Shown: in pieces, positions 22,762 through 32,914 of the stretch
Layout of the letters: the number at the start of each line of letters is the position of its first letter
Position numbering within the stretch: the stretch's first letter is position 1
The notes under the pieces: model-generated
The model's database searches: none
What the model saw: only the letters and a program-made list of their open reading frames with translations
Told to the model about the DNA's origin: nothing
DNA from: Geopsychrobacteraceae bacterium
GTDB taxonomy: Bacteria > Desulfobacterota > Desulfuromonadia > Desulfuromonadales > Geopsychrobacteraceae
DNA: 64,000 nucleotides
Direction of reading: 5' to 3'
NCBI GenBank assembly: GCA_963676795.2
Contig: CAXXTB010000001.1
Span: forward strand, 1,312,001-1,376,000
Translations under genes and position numbers: made by a program

Positions 22762-24960
22762 TCAGGCATAATTTCTGCGTTGTTTGAGAGCTGTCTGCCC
22801 GCCATGCCGCTGGACAAATTCCGTCAACTGCTGGCTGGTCAATGGCCGGCTGTAGAAGAATCCCTGAGCAATGCAGGGGACGTGCTTCAGCAGGTATTCA
22901 TGCTGGCTTTTGGTTTCAACCCCTTCGGCAATAAAGTCCAGATTCAGGCCCTTCGCAACATTGATAACGGCTGGAATGATCGAATTCTCGCCCTGTCCTG
23001 TGGAAATCTTCTGAATGAATGATTTGTCGAGCTTCAGCGTCTGTAATGGCAACCTGTCCAGATAGCTCAGCGAAGAATAGCCCGTACCAAAATCATCAAT
23101 GGCGATCTTTATGCCGGCGTCGGTCATGGTCATGATATTGGAAATGGTTTTTTTCATGTTTTGAATGATGACGTTCTCGGTCAATTCCAGTTCAATCTCA
23201 GACGCATCAACCCTGTACTGGCAAAGTTTGCTGAACAGTTCTTCAGCAAAACGATCTGACGCCAGTTCGTGAGCCGATACGTTGATGGCGGTGCGCAGGC
23301 TGATGTTCTGTTTATGCCAGAAGCTGATATCGCGGCAGACCCGGTCGCGGACGACAGCACCTATTTCGTTGATCAGTTCTGTCTCCTCGGCAATTTCGAT
23401 AAACTTTCCCGGCAGGATCAACTTGTCGCCCGGAGATGTGATCCTGACCAATGCCTCGACCCCGTGGATGCGCCTACAGCCGAGATCGATCTGCGGCTGG
23501 TAAAGAACTTCAAAGCGGTCGTGCCTCAGGGCATCGCGGATCAGATTTTCGATAAACACCTTGTTGCTGTTGCGATTCTTCAGGTTGGTATCGTAGAGGC
23601 AATAGCGGCTGCGATTATTCAGTTTTGAGGTACAGACCGCGGTGTCGGCGTTACGCATCAACTCTTCCCAGGTTGAGCCGTGGTCGGGGAACAGGGCGAT
23701 ACCAATACTCAAGGTCAGGTGAATTTCATGGCCTTCGTGCAGATAGGGGAGTGAAACCTCGGCCAGGATTTTATTGGCGACAGCGTAGGTATCTTCAGTC
23801 CGGTCGATATCGGGAAGGAGCAGAATAAACTCATCTCCACCCAGCCGGCCGAGGGAATCGCCTTCTCTGATATTGCGCTTGAGCATCTCGGCAAAGCTGC
23901 GCAGCACGTCATCACCGATGTTCTGTCCGTAGGTATCGTTGATGAGTTTGAAACGATTGATATCAAAGAAGAGTACTGCGAACCGTTCCTGGCGGTCCTG
24001 TGAACGCATGATCAGGGAATTGGTTTTCTGCTGCAGCAGATTGCGGTTCGGCAGGCCGGTGAGCAGATCGTGGTTGTTCTGGAAGCTGATGATCTCTTCC
24101 GACAGTTTCTGCTCCGTGATATCGCGTGCGACTCCGTAGGTTCCGACGAAATGCTCGCTGGAGGTGCTGCTGATACCGAGTCGATAGCCTCCGCTACTCT
24201 TTCTGTTGATATGCAGGGCCCGGACATCGACATGGAGAATATTGCCGTTTTTGCAGATCAGGCGTAATTCCATGCTTCTGGTGTTGCGCAGGAAAGCACT
24301 GTTCTGGAAAAAAAGCTTGGCCCGTTCGATATCCTTGGCATAAATGATTTCACTGTAGTGGCGGCCGATCAGTTCATTGCGTCGATAGCCAAGTAGGCGG
24401 ACCGTGTTCTTGTTGACAAAAGAAAAGGCTCCCTTGCGGTCGAGCATATAGAGCATGTCAGGTGAATTGTGGACAATGAATTTATGCAGGGCTTCTGATT
24501 CTTCCAGTTTGGCGTAGATCTCGCTGTTTTCACGTTCCAGATATTGTTTCTCGAGAACGTTTTTGATGGAAAACAACAGTTCATCCGGATTGTAGGGTTT
24601 GCGGACATAGTCCTTGGCGCCGATCTTAAGAACGTGAATCGCTTTCTGGATCTCTGATTCGCCGCTGACGACAATAATGCTGGTGTCGATGTTGAGCTGA
24701 TTGATCTGTTCGATAACCTCGGCGCCGTCCATGTCCGGCATATTGAGGTCGAGAAGAACAAGATCAAAAGGCTGCTCCTGCAAAAGCGCTATAGCTTCAT
24801 GGCCACTGTTGATGCTTGAGGCAGTCAGGTTGGCCATGCGCAGAACGTTCTGAATACTCTGTGCCATGCGGAGGTCGTCATCGACGATCAGGATACTCGC
24901 GCTATCATTGGAACATCGGTCACTGGTAAGTATTTCAAAATGTGGCATATTCATTGTCAT
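22762..24960 (-). CDS. REC-PAS-GGDEF-EAL response regulator (diguanylate cyclase/phosphodiesterase)
   Basis: ILIVDDD/LLDLNMP receiver, PAS, REGD-x5-GGDEF, EALVR, DDFGTGYSSL. Confidence 0.92.
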   Translation of the reverse strand: MTMNMPHFEILTSDRCSNDSASILIVDDDLRMAQSIQNVLRMANLTASSINSGHEAIALLQEQPFDLVLLDLNMPDMDGAEVIEQINQLNIDTSIIVVSGESEIQKAIHVLKIGAKDYVRKPYNPDELLFSIKNVLEKQYLERENSEIYAKLEESEALHKFIVHNSPDMLYMLDRKGAFSFVNKNTVRLLGYRRNELIGRHYSEIIYAKDIERAKLFFQNSAFLRNTRSMELRLICKNGNILHVDVRALHINRKSSGGYRLGISSTSSEHFVGTYGVARDITEQKLSEEIISFQNNHDLLTGLPNRNLLQQKTNSLIMRSQDRQERFAVLFFDINRFKLINDTYGQNIGDDVLRSFAEMLKRNIREGDSLGRLGGDEFILLLPDIDRTEDTYAVANKILAEVSLPYLHEGHEIHLTLSIGIALFPDHGSTWEELMRNADTAVCTSKLNNRSRYCLYDTNLKNRNSNKVFIENLIRDALRHDRFEVLYQPQIDLGCRRIHGVEALVRITSPGDKLILPGKFIEIAEETELINEIGAVVRDRVCRDISFWHKQNISLRTAINVSAHELASDRFAEELFSKLCQYRVDASEIELELTENVIIQNMKKTISNIMTMTDAGIKIAIDDFGTGYSSLSYLDRLPLQTLKLDKSFIQKISTGQGENSIIPAVINVAKGLNLDFIAEGVETKSQHEYLLKHVPCIAQGFFYSRPLTSQQLTEFVQRHGGQTALKQRRNYA

Positions 24961-27054
24961 TTACCGAGACCGCTCAAGAGTTCTGGGGATATAGAGACTG
25001 AACTCTGTCCCCAGGTTCTTGCTGGAATAACAGAAAATTTCAGCATTCAAGTCTTTGACGAGATTATTCACAATTGCCAGACCAATTCCGGAATGCCCCT
25101 CCTTGGTACTTTTGACCGGTGAAAAGAGGTTGGCGAGGACTTCATCGCTGATCCCCGGGCCGTTATCCCTGAGAGCGATCTGCACCGCAGGTCTGCCATT
25201 CTGGTAGACATTGTCTCGGCTCATGATCTCGATCTGGCCACCGTCGGGCATAGCTTCAACAGCGTTTTTGAGCAGGTTGATGATGATCTGTTTCAGCCTG
25301 TCATGATCGCAGACAAGCTGGGGGACCGACGGGTCCAGCTGTAGCTGCGAACTGATGCCTGCGGTTTTGTATAGGGAATTTTTCAGCAGTTGGTCGGTCT
25401 CTCGCAGCAGCTCATTGATGTTGGCGGTTGTGATCTTTGTTTTTGGTGTATGCGCCGGATCCTTGGCACGCAACAAAATCGTAGCGACCCGATCGATCTC
25501 GCTCCGGATCGTCCTGATCTGTTCCTGGGCCTGATCTGATGCATCGAGCTGAGCTCCGAGAGTATAGAGGTAGTTATTAATGATCGTTAGTGGATTGCTG
25601 ATTTCGTGGATCAGCTCCCTGAGGGCTGTACTCTCTGTCAGAGTGCCGACACCTGCCTTCTGGAGCCTCGTCCAGTTTAACGCAAGTTCCTGCCCGATCA
25701 GCTTGAGCAACGGCTGTGCTGCGCTCAACCTGGTCTGATCGGTGCGCTGGTGGCCAAGAGCGACGACGCCCAGGCAGGACTCCTCGGTGACCAGGGGGAG
25801 CAACAGCAGGTCGTCGCAGTCGAGAATCCGCGCCAGTTGGCGATCAGCTATCGTCCCGGGAGTCTCGTCGCTGGAGATCAGGGCTCTTTGCGCAAAAGCC
25901 AGGCTCAGCAAACACTGCGGGTCGTTATCGGGAAAATATATTTCATCCAGTTTGCTCTGGTTGAGGTCGTTGATTGCGGTGAGCTTTGCTGTTTCAGTGC
26001 AGTGCATGAAAATACAGATTTTATCAAGATTGAAAAGCGAACAGAAACAACTCCTCGCCACTGATGCAAACTCATTTTCACTGTTGACCGTGCGGGAAAA
26101 GCCCGAGTGGCTGAGGGCGATGTTCTTGACCTGTTGAGCAAGGCTGTCGTTGCTTTTAGCTGTTTCGTCATCGAAAAAGCTCTCTGACTCGTCGGTGCAG
26201 AGATAGAAGCGGCCGCCGAAACCCAGATCGGAAATCATCTTCTGGCTGGTCGCCAGTGCGGCATCGAGACAATTGAGTGTCGATGCTTCAGTCAGGCCTA
26301 AAAGTTCAGCAGCCCTGGTCAGGTGGGCCTGATTTTCGCGGGCATTGTTTCTGGAGGAGAGGGCCGCAGTGACGGACAGGATCTTGAGCAGTAGTGGAGC
26401 GTTGTGCAGTTCTGAGACGGGGGAGCGTTGAAAGAGTATGGCGTCGGCGCTAAACGAATCAAGCTGCCAGGTTTCGAGCAGCGCAGCTCCCAGTTCGCAA
26501 TGGTCAACCCTGAACTGCTCGCGTTCAAGGAGGTGAAATTCGTCAGTCGCCTGGTAATAACGGTCGAGCAGGGGGAGATAGTCTTTTTCGCGATTCAGCA
26601 GCAGGAGCAGCATGCCGACCTGATGCAGCAGGCCGGTCAGAAAAGCTTCCCCCGTTTTTTCATAGCCGACAAGCCTGGCGAAACGTTCAGTCAGGTTTGC
26701 ACAGAGCAATGACCTGAGCCAGATGAACTGCACCTGACGGCAAAAGCTTTTGGTAAATTTGGCAAAAAACTGCTGGATGGCGCAGGTCGTGACAATCTGG
26801 CGAACGTTGGCCAGGCCAAGCACGATCAGGACGCGGCGAAGGTCACTGAGATCCTTCCACTGACGGTAGACGGGAGAATTGGCGACCTGGAGGATTTTGC
26901 TGGTCAGGGCGACATCCTGCTTGATCAGCTGGGTGAACATTTCAAAATTGGCGTTGTCGTCATGGCACAGGTTGAGTAATTCAACCAGCAGGCTTGGTTC
27001 GGACGGCAGGTGAGCAATGTCATAAAATTGATTGTTCAGATAGATACGTTGCAT
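24961..27054 (-). CDS. HDOD-domain histidine kinase (HDOD, GAF-like, HisKA, HATPase)
   Basis: DVALTSKILQVANSP and GLLHQVG HDOD motifs; HEISNPL H-box; NLLKNA, DNGPG, GIGL; start uncertain (27054/27063). Confidence 0.85.
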   Translation of the reverse strand: MQRIYLNNQFYDIAHLPSEPSLLVELLNLCHDDNANFEMFTQLIKQDVALTSKILQVANSPVYRQWKDLSDLRRVLIVLGLANVRQIVTTCAIQQFFAKFTKSFCRQVQFIWLRSLLCANLTERFARLVGYEKTGEAFLTGLLHQVGMLLLLLNREKDYLPLLDRYYQATDEFHLLEREQFRVDHCELGAALLETWQLDSFSADAILFQRSPVSELHNAPLLLKILSVTAALSSRNNARENQAHLTRAAELLGLTEASTLNCLDAALATSQKMISDLGFGGRFYLCTDESESFFDDETAKSNDSLAQQVKNIALSHSGFSRTVNSENEFASVARSCFCSLFNLDKICIFMHCTETAKLTAINDLNQSKLDEIYFPDNDPQCLLSLAFAQRALISSDETPGTIADRQLARILDCDDLLLLPLVTEESCLGVVALGHQRTDQTRLSAAQPLLKLIGQELALNWTRLQKAGVGTLTESTALRELIHEISNPLTIINNYLYTLGAQLDASDQAQEQIRTIRSEIDRVATILLRAKDPAHTPKTKITTANINELLRETDQLLKNSLYKTAGISSQLQLDPSVPQLVCDHDRLKQIIINLLKNAVEAMPDGGQIEIMSRDNVYQNGRPAVQIALRDNGPGISDEVLANLFSPVKSTKEGHSGIGLAIVNNLVKDLNAEIFCYSSKNLGTEFSLYIPRTLERSR

Positions 27055-27163
27055 ATCTATCATCCCTTTCTGCAGCGGCAATGGAAAATTTCGGCCCAAA
27101 CAACAGCTTTGATACTATGACGAGGTTAAACACTAGCGAAAAATAAGAAAAAAATAAAGATCT

Positions 27164-28060
27164 TTAATCTATTTTACGGAAGGTTATAGACTTGTCAATG
27201 GTTGTTCTCAGCTGCTTCGCCTGAGAGCTTTTCAGGCGCCCCGATTTTTCAGCGAGGTCGAGCGTCTTTTCAGCCAGGAGCTGATAGACACCGAGGGTTT
27301 CCGGTGCGCAGTCATAGAGCGCTTGCAGATGCTGTTCGACGGTCCCGTAATCTCCCCGGACGATCGGACCGGTCAGCGCCTGTTCCGGAGGTAACTCTTC
27401 CAGATTGGCAATAGTTGCCTTGAGCAGCGGCATCAGGACCGGTGTCAGTTGATCTTCTTCAATCTGGCAGTGGCGGAGCAAATCCCTGGACAGGCTGAAC
27501 AGGGTAACCAGGAAATTGGAGGCGATACTGGCCGCCGCATGATAAAGAGGCTTGGCAGCAGCTGGAATCTGAAATGCCTGCCCCTGGAAGCAGGCGACAA
27601 TCTGTTGGCCGATGGCAACAGCAGTACGGCCACCCTCCAGGGCGCAGGGACAGTTGCGCAGGTTACTGAACGCCTGTTGTGCATCGGCGAAAGGAAACAG
27701 GGGGTGCAGGGAGAGGGCCTGTGCTGGGGGAACGGAGCTGGGATAGAGGACAGAAGAGCTTTTGAGCCCACTGAAGTGAATCAGGGTTTTGTCGGCGAGA
27801 AAAGCGTGCTCCGCCAATCTGATGGCAACCTCGGTAATACTGTCGTCCGGTACCGCCAGAAGAATGATTCTGGCTTGTGCCGCCAGGGTGAGGTCTGTTG
27901 TGGCATATTTCTCTGCACAGCCGATGAAGTTGCAGGCTGATCTGCTGCGCTCCAGGTTCCGGCCGATGACCGCCTGAATCATAAAACCATTTACAAAGAG
28001 GTGGCGTGCGATTGCGCAGCCGACGCGGCCCGGTCCGATAAGGGCAAAACTGTCTTTCAT
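27164..28060 (-). CDS. Rossmann-like plus DUF2520 oxidoreductase family protein
   Basis: GPGRVG, AVPDD, HFSG, LHP, YHAAASIASN, LTGPIVRGD. Confidence 0.85.
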   Translation of the reverse strand: MKDSFALIGPGRVGCAIARHLFVNGFMIQAVIGRNLERSRSACNFIGCAEKYATTDLTLAAQARIILLAVPDDSITEVAIRLAEHAFLADKTLIHFSGLKSSSVLYPSSVPPAQALSLHPLFPFADAQQAFSNLRNCPCALEGGRTAVAIGQQIVACFQGQAFQIPAAAKPLYHAAASIASNFLVTLFSLSRDLLRHCQIEEDQLTPVLMPLLKATIANLEELPPEQALTGPIVRGDYGTVEQHLQALYDCAPETLGVYQLLAEKTLDLAEKSGRLKSSQAKQLRTTIDKSITFRKID

Positions 28061-28713
28061 TTGACACTGACCTTAAGGGTGCCGACCTGTTCAATTTCCG
28101 CCACCAGTTGATCGCCGCTGTGTAACGGGCCGACCCCGGCGGGGGTTCCGGTGAGGATGACGTCACCCGGCTGCAGGGTGAAATATCTGGAAACGACGGC
28201 AATAATTGCGGCCACCGGCCGAATCATCTGGTTGGTGTTTCCCTGCTGCCTGAGCTCGCCGTTGATGTGCAGGGTGAGAACCAGATTGTCCGGGTTTGCT
28301 ACCCTGGTGGCGCAGATAAAGTCAGACAGCGGGCAGGAGCCGTCAAAGCCCTTGGCCAGCTCCCAGGGGAGCCCCTTGCTTTTCAGCTCATCCTGGAGAT
28401 CTCGCAGGGTCAGATCCAATGCCACGGCATAACCGGCGACGTATTCAAGAGCGGCCTCCTGGGCAATGTTTTTTCCCTTGCGGCCGATCAATAACGCCAG
28501 TTCCAGTTCATGATGGCAATCGTTGGAATATGCCGGTATCTCGATTTGCTCCCCCTCTCCGATGATACAGGTCGGCGGCTTACAGAAGATGACCGCACTG
28601 TCCGGAACCGGGTTGTTCAATTCACGAATATGGTCAAGATAGTTGCGTCCCAGGGCTATGATTTTCCCAAGAGGGACCTGATTTTCCGTTCCGATGATGT
28701 TGAGCATTTTCAT
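28057..28713 (-). CDS. Fumarylacetoacetate hydrolase family protein
   Basis: GRNYLDH, HHELEL, DLTLRD, KGFDGSCP, GDVILTGTPAGVG; AAGGAG SD. Confidence 0.92.
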   Translation of the reverse strand: MKMLNIIGTENQVPLGKIIALGRNYLDHIRELNNPVPDSAVIFCKPPTCIIGEGEQIEIPAYSNDCHHELELALLIGRKGKNIAQEAALEYVAGYAVALDLTLRDLQDELKSKGLPWELAKGFDGSCPLSDFICATRVANPDNLVLTLHINGELRQQGNTNQMIRPVAAIIAVVSRYFTLQPGDVILTGTPAGVGPLHSGDQLVAEIEQVGTLKVSVK

Positions 28714-28960
28714 TGTGCGCGTCTCCTTGTTCTGGCAGATCGATCAGTCCGAAGATAACGGTTTTTCGACACTGAATGCAAGGGCAGCCGATAGCGTTCA
28801 GTCTCTACGCCATGGTTGGCGGACCTGATTTGTGTGCTTTTTGTGTGAGAGATCCCCGGAAGTCCCATCGGTTTGATCCGCATTGGCCGGAATGACAAAT
28901 TGACTGTGCCGGTTGCGTTGCTCTAGGATGGAATTATTGTCTGCATAGCTGGAGAAGGGG

Positions 28961-30124
28961 ATGTTTTTTCCGATCAGCGACACGCCGAACCCCGCCGCAC
29001 GTCCCTATGTGACCTGGGCCTTGATCCTTGTCAACGTTGCTGTCTTTCTTGTGATCAGCCTGCCTGCCACCCGGCAGCATGTCAATCTGCAGGATCCGGA
29101 GCTGCTGGCCTATCTGCGTTCTCTCGGTGTGCAGGGCAGTGTCAATGTCAGGGAGATCCTGACTCATGTCAGTGCCTACGATCTGCTGGTTTACAAGTAC
29201 GGTTTCAAGCCAGGCCGTTTCTCCTGGGCCGATATCTTGACCTCGCTGTTCCTCCACGGTGGCTTGCTCCACCTTGCAGGAAACATGCTGTTTCTCTACA
29301 TTTTTGGGGACAATGTCGAGAATCGGCTGGGACGCTGGCGGTTCCTGCTAGTTTATCTGCTCTGCGGGGTGTGCGCCTGCCTGTTCTTTGCGTTTTTTGC
29401 TGCGACTCCTGAGGTCCCTCTGATCGGCGCGTCTGGGGCGATCTTTGGTGTTCTCGGCTGCTACTTCCTCTGGTTCCCGCGCAACCGGGTTCGCTGTTTC
29501 CTGCTGTTTTTCCTGATTTATCTACCAGCTCGTCTGGTTCTTGCGTTCTATCTGGTTATCGATAACATTCTGCCATTTCTCCTGTCTGCCGGTGCCGCGG
29601 ATGGTGTCGCGCACGGAGCGCATATCGGTGGCTTTTTTGCCGGTTTAGCAATCGCCGCAGGGGCGGATCAGTGCTACCGGTTTCGCTTTGGAGGTCGTCA
29701 GGCCCGCAGTGAAGCGGCAGCCATGTCATCTGTGCTGGAGCCATTCTGTCCGGGGTGCAGTGCAGGGGATCTTTCTGACCTGGCGAAATGCTATCTGACG
29801 ATCGACAAAAATCAGCGCATGGCAGTCGCTGCGGAGGATGTTCTGACAATCGGCAATCATCTTCTCGATGCTGGGCGTCCTCTGGATGCCTTGAGGGTCT
29901 TCAGGCGATTTATCAGCGAACGGCAGAACGATCCCGGACTTGATCGTGCCTATCTGGGGGCGGGAAAATCTATGCTCTATAATCCCCGGTTGCTGACCAG
30001 TGCCTATCATTACTTTTTGTCCGCGCTGGATCTGGCACAGAGTGCCCCTGTGGCCGCAGAAGCGCGTGACTATCTACGGCGGATCGAGGCCCATCAGGCA
30101 GTGGTTGCCAAAAGAGGCGGTTGA
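28961..30124 (+). CDS. Rhomboid-family intramembrane serine protease with C-terminal TPR-like region
   Basis: FLHGGLLHLAGNM, catalytic GASG, AHGAHIGG; helical C-terminus. Confidence 0.88.
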   Translation: MFFPISDTPNPAARPYVTWALILVNVAVFLVISLPATRQHVNLQDPELLAYLRSLGVQGSVNVREILTHVSAYDLLVYKYGFKPGRFSWADILTSLFLHGGLLHLAGNMLFLYIFGDNVENRLGRWRFLLVYLLCGVCACLFFAFFAATPEVPLIGASGAIFGVLGCYFLWFPRNRVRCFLLFFLIYLPARLVLAFYLVIDNILPFLLSAGAADGVAHGAHIGGFFAGLAIAAGADQCYRFRFGGRQARSEAAAMSSVLEPFCPGCSAGDLSDLAKCYLTIDKNQRMAVAAEDVLTIGNHLLDAGRPLDALRVFRRFISERQNDPGLDRAYLGAGKSMLYNPRLLTSAYHYFLSALDLAQSAPVAAEARDYLRRIEAHQAVVAKRGG

Positions 30125-30202
30125 CCTTGACGTGGCATCCGTCCCCGGCTTTGTAGAAGTCGATATCGTGCGGTCGCCGCTTGCCTCAGAAGCTTTGCCG
30201 GT

Positions 30203-30601
30203 TTATTGGCGCTTTGCGATCTGTTCAAGCCATTGCTTCAGGTAGCCGAAGGTGACCGGTTTCTGGAGCACGGTTGCTCCGGTGCTGAGGGCACGTTCCC
30301 GGCAGAAGCTGGTTGTGTCCCCGGACATGAGGATAACGTTGTCAGGATAACTCTGACTGGTGTTTTTGCACAGACCTTCGAGCAAATCGAGGCCGAAGAG
30401 GTGAGGCAGGTGGTGATCCAGAATCATAGCGTCAATGGCCGGGATTTGAAGGCTGTAATAGCCGTCCTCGCAGGACACACACTGCTCGGGAGATTCAAAA
30501 ACAAAGACCTTGTGCCCCAGATCTTCGAGAAACCACTGAAACGATTCCCTGATCGAATCCTCATCCTCGATGATGAGAATTCTCATCGCGCTTTTGTTCA
30601 T
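30203..30601 (-). CDS. Single-domain response regulator
   Basis: ILIIEDE, ILDHHLP, LMSG, LQKP; overlaps the kinase stop. Confidence 0.82.
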   Translation of the reverse strand: MNKSAMRILIIEDEDSIRESFQWFLEDLGHKVFVFESPEQCVSCEDGYYSLQIPAIDAMILDHHLPHLFGLDLLEGLCKNTSQSYPDNVILMSGDTTSFCRERALSTGATVLQKPVTFGYLKQWLEQIAKRQ

Positions 30602-32298
30602 GTCGCTTCTCTCCGGCTGTTGATTGGCAGTAGAATGTTGATCGCCGTATATTGATTTTTGACAGAATCGATCTCTAGTGTGCCTTTGTGTTTGCGGACA
30701 ATATCGTTGACGATTGAGAGTCCCAGACCGGTCCCCTTACCCATCCCCTTGGTCGTGAAAAAGGCTTCCTGGGCTTTGTCAAGAACCTCATCGCTCATGC
30801 CGCTGCCGTTGTCGTAGACCTGCAGGCAGACGCAGCTCTCTCCTGAACGAACCGCTTTCATGATCGTAATGCGGATCTGTTTTTCCTCCTCCTTGTGTTC
30901 CTTTTCGAGAAGTGCGTCCGCGGCATTGTCAAGCAGGTTGATGACCACCTGCTGAATGCTCTGCGGTTGCAACTCGAGCTCGGGCAGATCCTCCTGGCGT
31001 TCGAAACTCAGTTTGATTCCCCGTTGGTGAATCTTTCTGCGCATCAGGACGAGCGCTCCTTCAATCGTTTCGCCAAGATCGCAGCGTTTGAAATCGATTC
31101 GGTTGTCCCTGGAGTAGTGAAGCAGCTCATTGGTAATCTGGCCGATGCGGATGCTTTCATTGGCAATTCTTTCGGCCAGAAGCGTCGTTCGTTTGATATT
31201 CTCTGGTTTCTCCTGAATCAGGCTGGCGTAGTTCAGGATGCCCTGGATCGGATTGTTGATTTCATGGGCGACGCCAGCTGCGACGGTCCCGAGTGCCGCA
31301 AGCTGGGCGGATCGGCGATAGTCATCAAGAAGCTTCTTCTGGTAGGTGATGTCCTGGGCAACGCCAATGATTTTTTGTGGGACCATATCTCTGTCGTATG
31401 ACAGGTCGGTTTTGATTCTGAGCCATTTCACCCGGTTGTCTATCAGCAGTCTGTGCTCGAGCTCCAGCGGCTGTTCAAAAATCGGAAGCGAGCTGATGTA
31501 TTCCCGGTCATCCGGATGAACCCGGTTCAGGAAATTCTCGTAGGCTACAGGGTTTTGAGTAGGGAGTTCGTAGATCTTGAACGCCTGCTCGGACCAGATT
31601 GTTTCCCTGGTATTGATGTCGGTTTCCCAAGAACCGAGGATGGCTAGCTCCTGGGCTTTTTCGAGAAGCTGTTGTTTGTTGAGAAGCTGTTCTTCCGCCT
31701 TCTTGCGCTGTGAAATGTCTTCAATGAAAACAATGGTTCTCCCTATACCTCCCTCCGGAAAATACTTCAGACTGACCTGGACATCAAACAGGCCGCCGTC
31801 TTTTCTGCGGTGTTTTGACTGGAAGGTCTCAATCGCCAGGTGCCGGAGTCGGTCCATGTGTATTTTGATCTGTTCGACGCTTTCAACGGCTTCAAGGTCG
31901 GCTACGTTCATCTGCAGCAGTTCCTGTCTGGAATAGCCGCTCATCCTGCAGTAGGTCTCGTTCACTTCGATCAGATTGTTCTGGTCATCGGTTGTGTAGA
32001 TGCCGTTCAGTGAAATTTTCAGCATGGCTCTGTTGAGCTCGAGGTTCTGAACGGAGAGCTTTTTAGCTTTCTTTTTACTGATTGTTGCAACAATCGCCAG
32101 GACGATGAGCACCAGAAGCAGCCCCCATACGGCCAGGTCGCCGAGCGTTGGCACCACGATTTGCTGGCTCTGTATTGTGCCCGTAGGCAGGCTGTTGACC
32201 GGTTCCGGAGCTTTTGCGCAGATTTTTCCAGGGAACAGCAGGAGCTGGCTGCTGAATATGCAGAAACCGTAGATCGCAAAGCGTAGCGTACGCTTCAT
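30598..32298 (-). CDS. Membrane-anchored PAS-PAS histidine kinase
   Basis: Two PAS/PAC units, AHEINNP H-box, NLLDNA, DNGSG, GTGLGL; start uncertain (32298 or 32373). Confidence 0.85.
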   Translation of the reverse strand: MKRTLRFAIYGFCIFSSQLLLFPGKICAKAPEPVNSLPTGTIQSQQIVVPTLGDLAVWGLLLVLIVLAIVATISKKKAKKLSVQNLELNRAMLKISLNGIYTTDDQNNLIEVNETYCRMSGYSRQELLQMNVADLEAVESVEQIKIHMDRLRHLAIETFQSKHRRKDGGLFDVQVSLKYFPEGGIGRTIVFIEDISQRKKAEEQLLNKQQLLEKAQELAILGSWETDINTRETIWSEQAFKIYELPTQNPVAYENFLNRVHPDDREYISSLPIFEQPLELEHRLLIDNRVKWLRIKTDLSYDRDMVPQKIIGVAQDITYQKKLLDDYRRSAQLAALGTVAAGVAHEINNPIQGILNYASLIQEKPENIKRTTLLAERIANESIRIGQITNELLHYSRDNRIDFKRCDLGETIEGALVLMRRKIHQRGIKLSFERQEDLPELELQPQSIQQVVINLLDNAADALLEKEHKEEEKQIRITIMKAVRSGESCVCLQVYDNGSGMSDEVLDKAQEAFFTTKGMGKGTGLGLSIVNDIVRKHKGTLEIDSVKNQYTAINILLPINSRREAT

Positions 32299-32668
32299 GA
32301 AGATAGACGGCCTGGTGACAATTTGATGATCAGCTTTAACGGGACACAAGTGAACCTCGCAGTGGGAAACCATTTGTTGGTTTCGGTCATCAAATAAAAC
32401 TTAAGAAGTTTAAAACAGCTTTTTCAAAGTTCAGGTGTTTATACTCTAAAACATAAACAATTAGTCTAGATTAACAGTTTGGGGTTGTCAAGCGCTAGCC
32501 GGAAAGGTTTTAGCAGCTTTGTTAAGGCAAGATGCCGGATGATTGATCTATATTGTCTGGACGTTAAGGCTTTCTATTCTAGACATGACCCGGAAGATCG
32601 GTTAGAGTGCGGATACTATATATCCCGAATGGCGGGAAAATTATCAAAACAAAATGTAGGAGGAAAAT

Positions 32669-32836
32669 ATGGCTTACGTGATTTCTGACGAATGTATCGC
32701 TTGTGGCGCATGCCAGTCCACTTGCCCGGTTGATGCAATCAGCGAAGGTGATATCTATTCTATCGACGCTGCTGCTTGTACCGATTGCGGCGCTTGTGCT
32801 GACGCTTGTCCGGTTGATGCAATTTCTCAGGCCTGA
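32669..32836 (+). CDS. 2[4Fe-4S] clostridial-type ferredoxin, 55 aa (below ORF-track cutoff)
   Basis: Hand translation MAYVISDECIACGACQSTCPVDAISEGDIYSIDAAACTDCGACADACPVDAISQA*; two CxxCxxCxxxCP; AGGAGG SD. Confidence 0.96.
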   Translation: MAYVISDECIACGACQSTCPVDAISEGDIYSIDAAACTDCGACADACPVDAISQA

Positions 32837-32860
32837 TTTGGCTGAAGGATTTTGATCGAC

Positions 32861-32898
32861 AAAAGCGGTGACTGTTTCAGCAGTTGCCGCTTTTTTTT
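32861..32898 (+). terminator. Intrinsic terminator after ferredoxin (probably bidirectional)
   Basis: AAAAGCGGTGACTG-loop-CAGTTGCCGC-T8. Confidence 0.85.
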
Positions 32899-32914
32899 AG
32901 GGCAGGGCTTAGGA

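Noticed and set aside
32485..32545. Possible c-di-GMP-I (GEMM) riboswitch upstream of the ferredoxin (GCCGGAAAGGT)
   Set aside because: Only a GNRA-like hairpin; the conserved GCAAA junction and P2 receptor elements are missing
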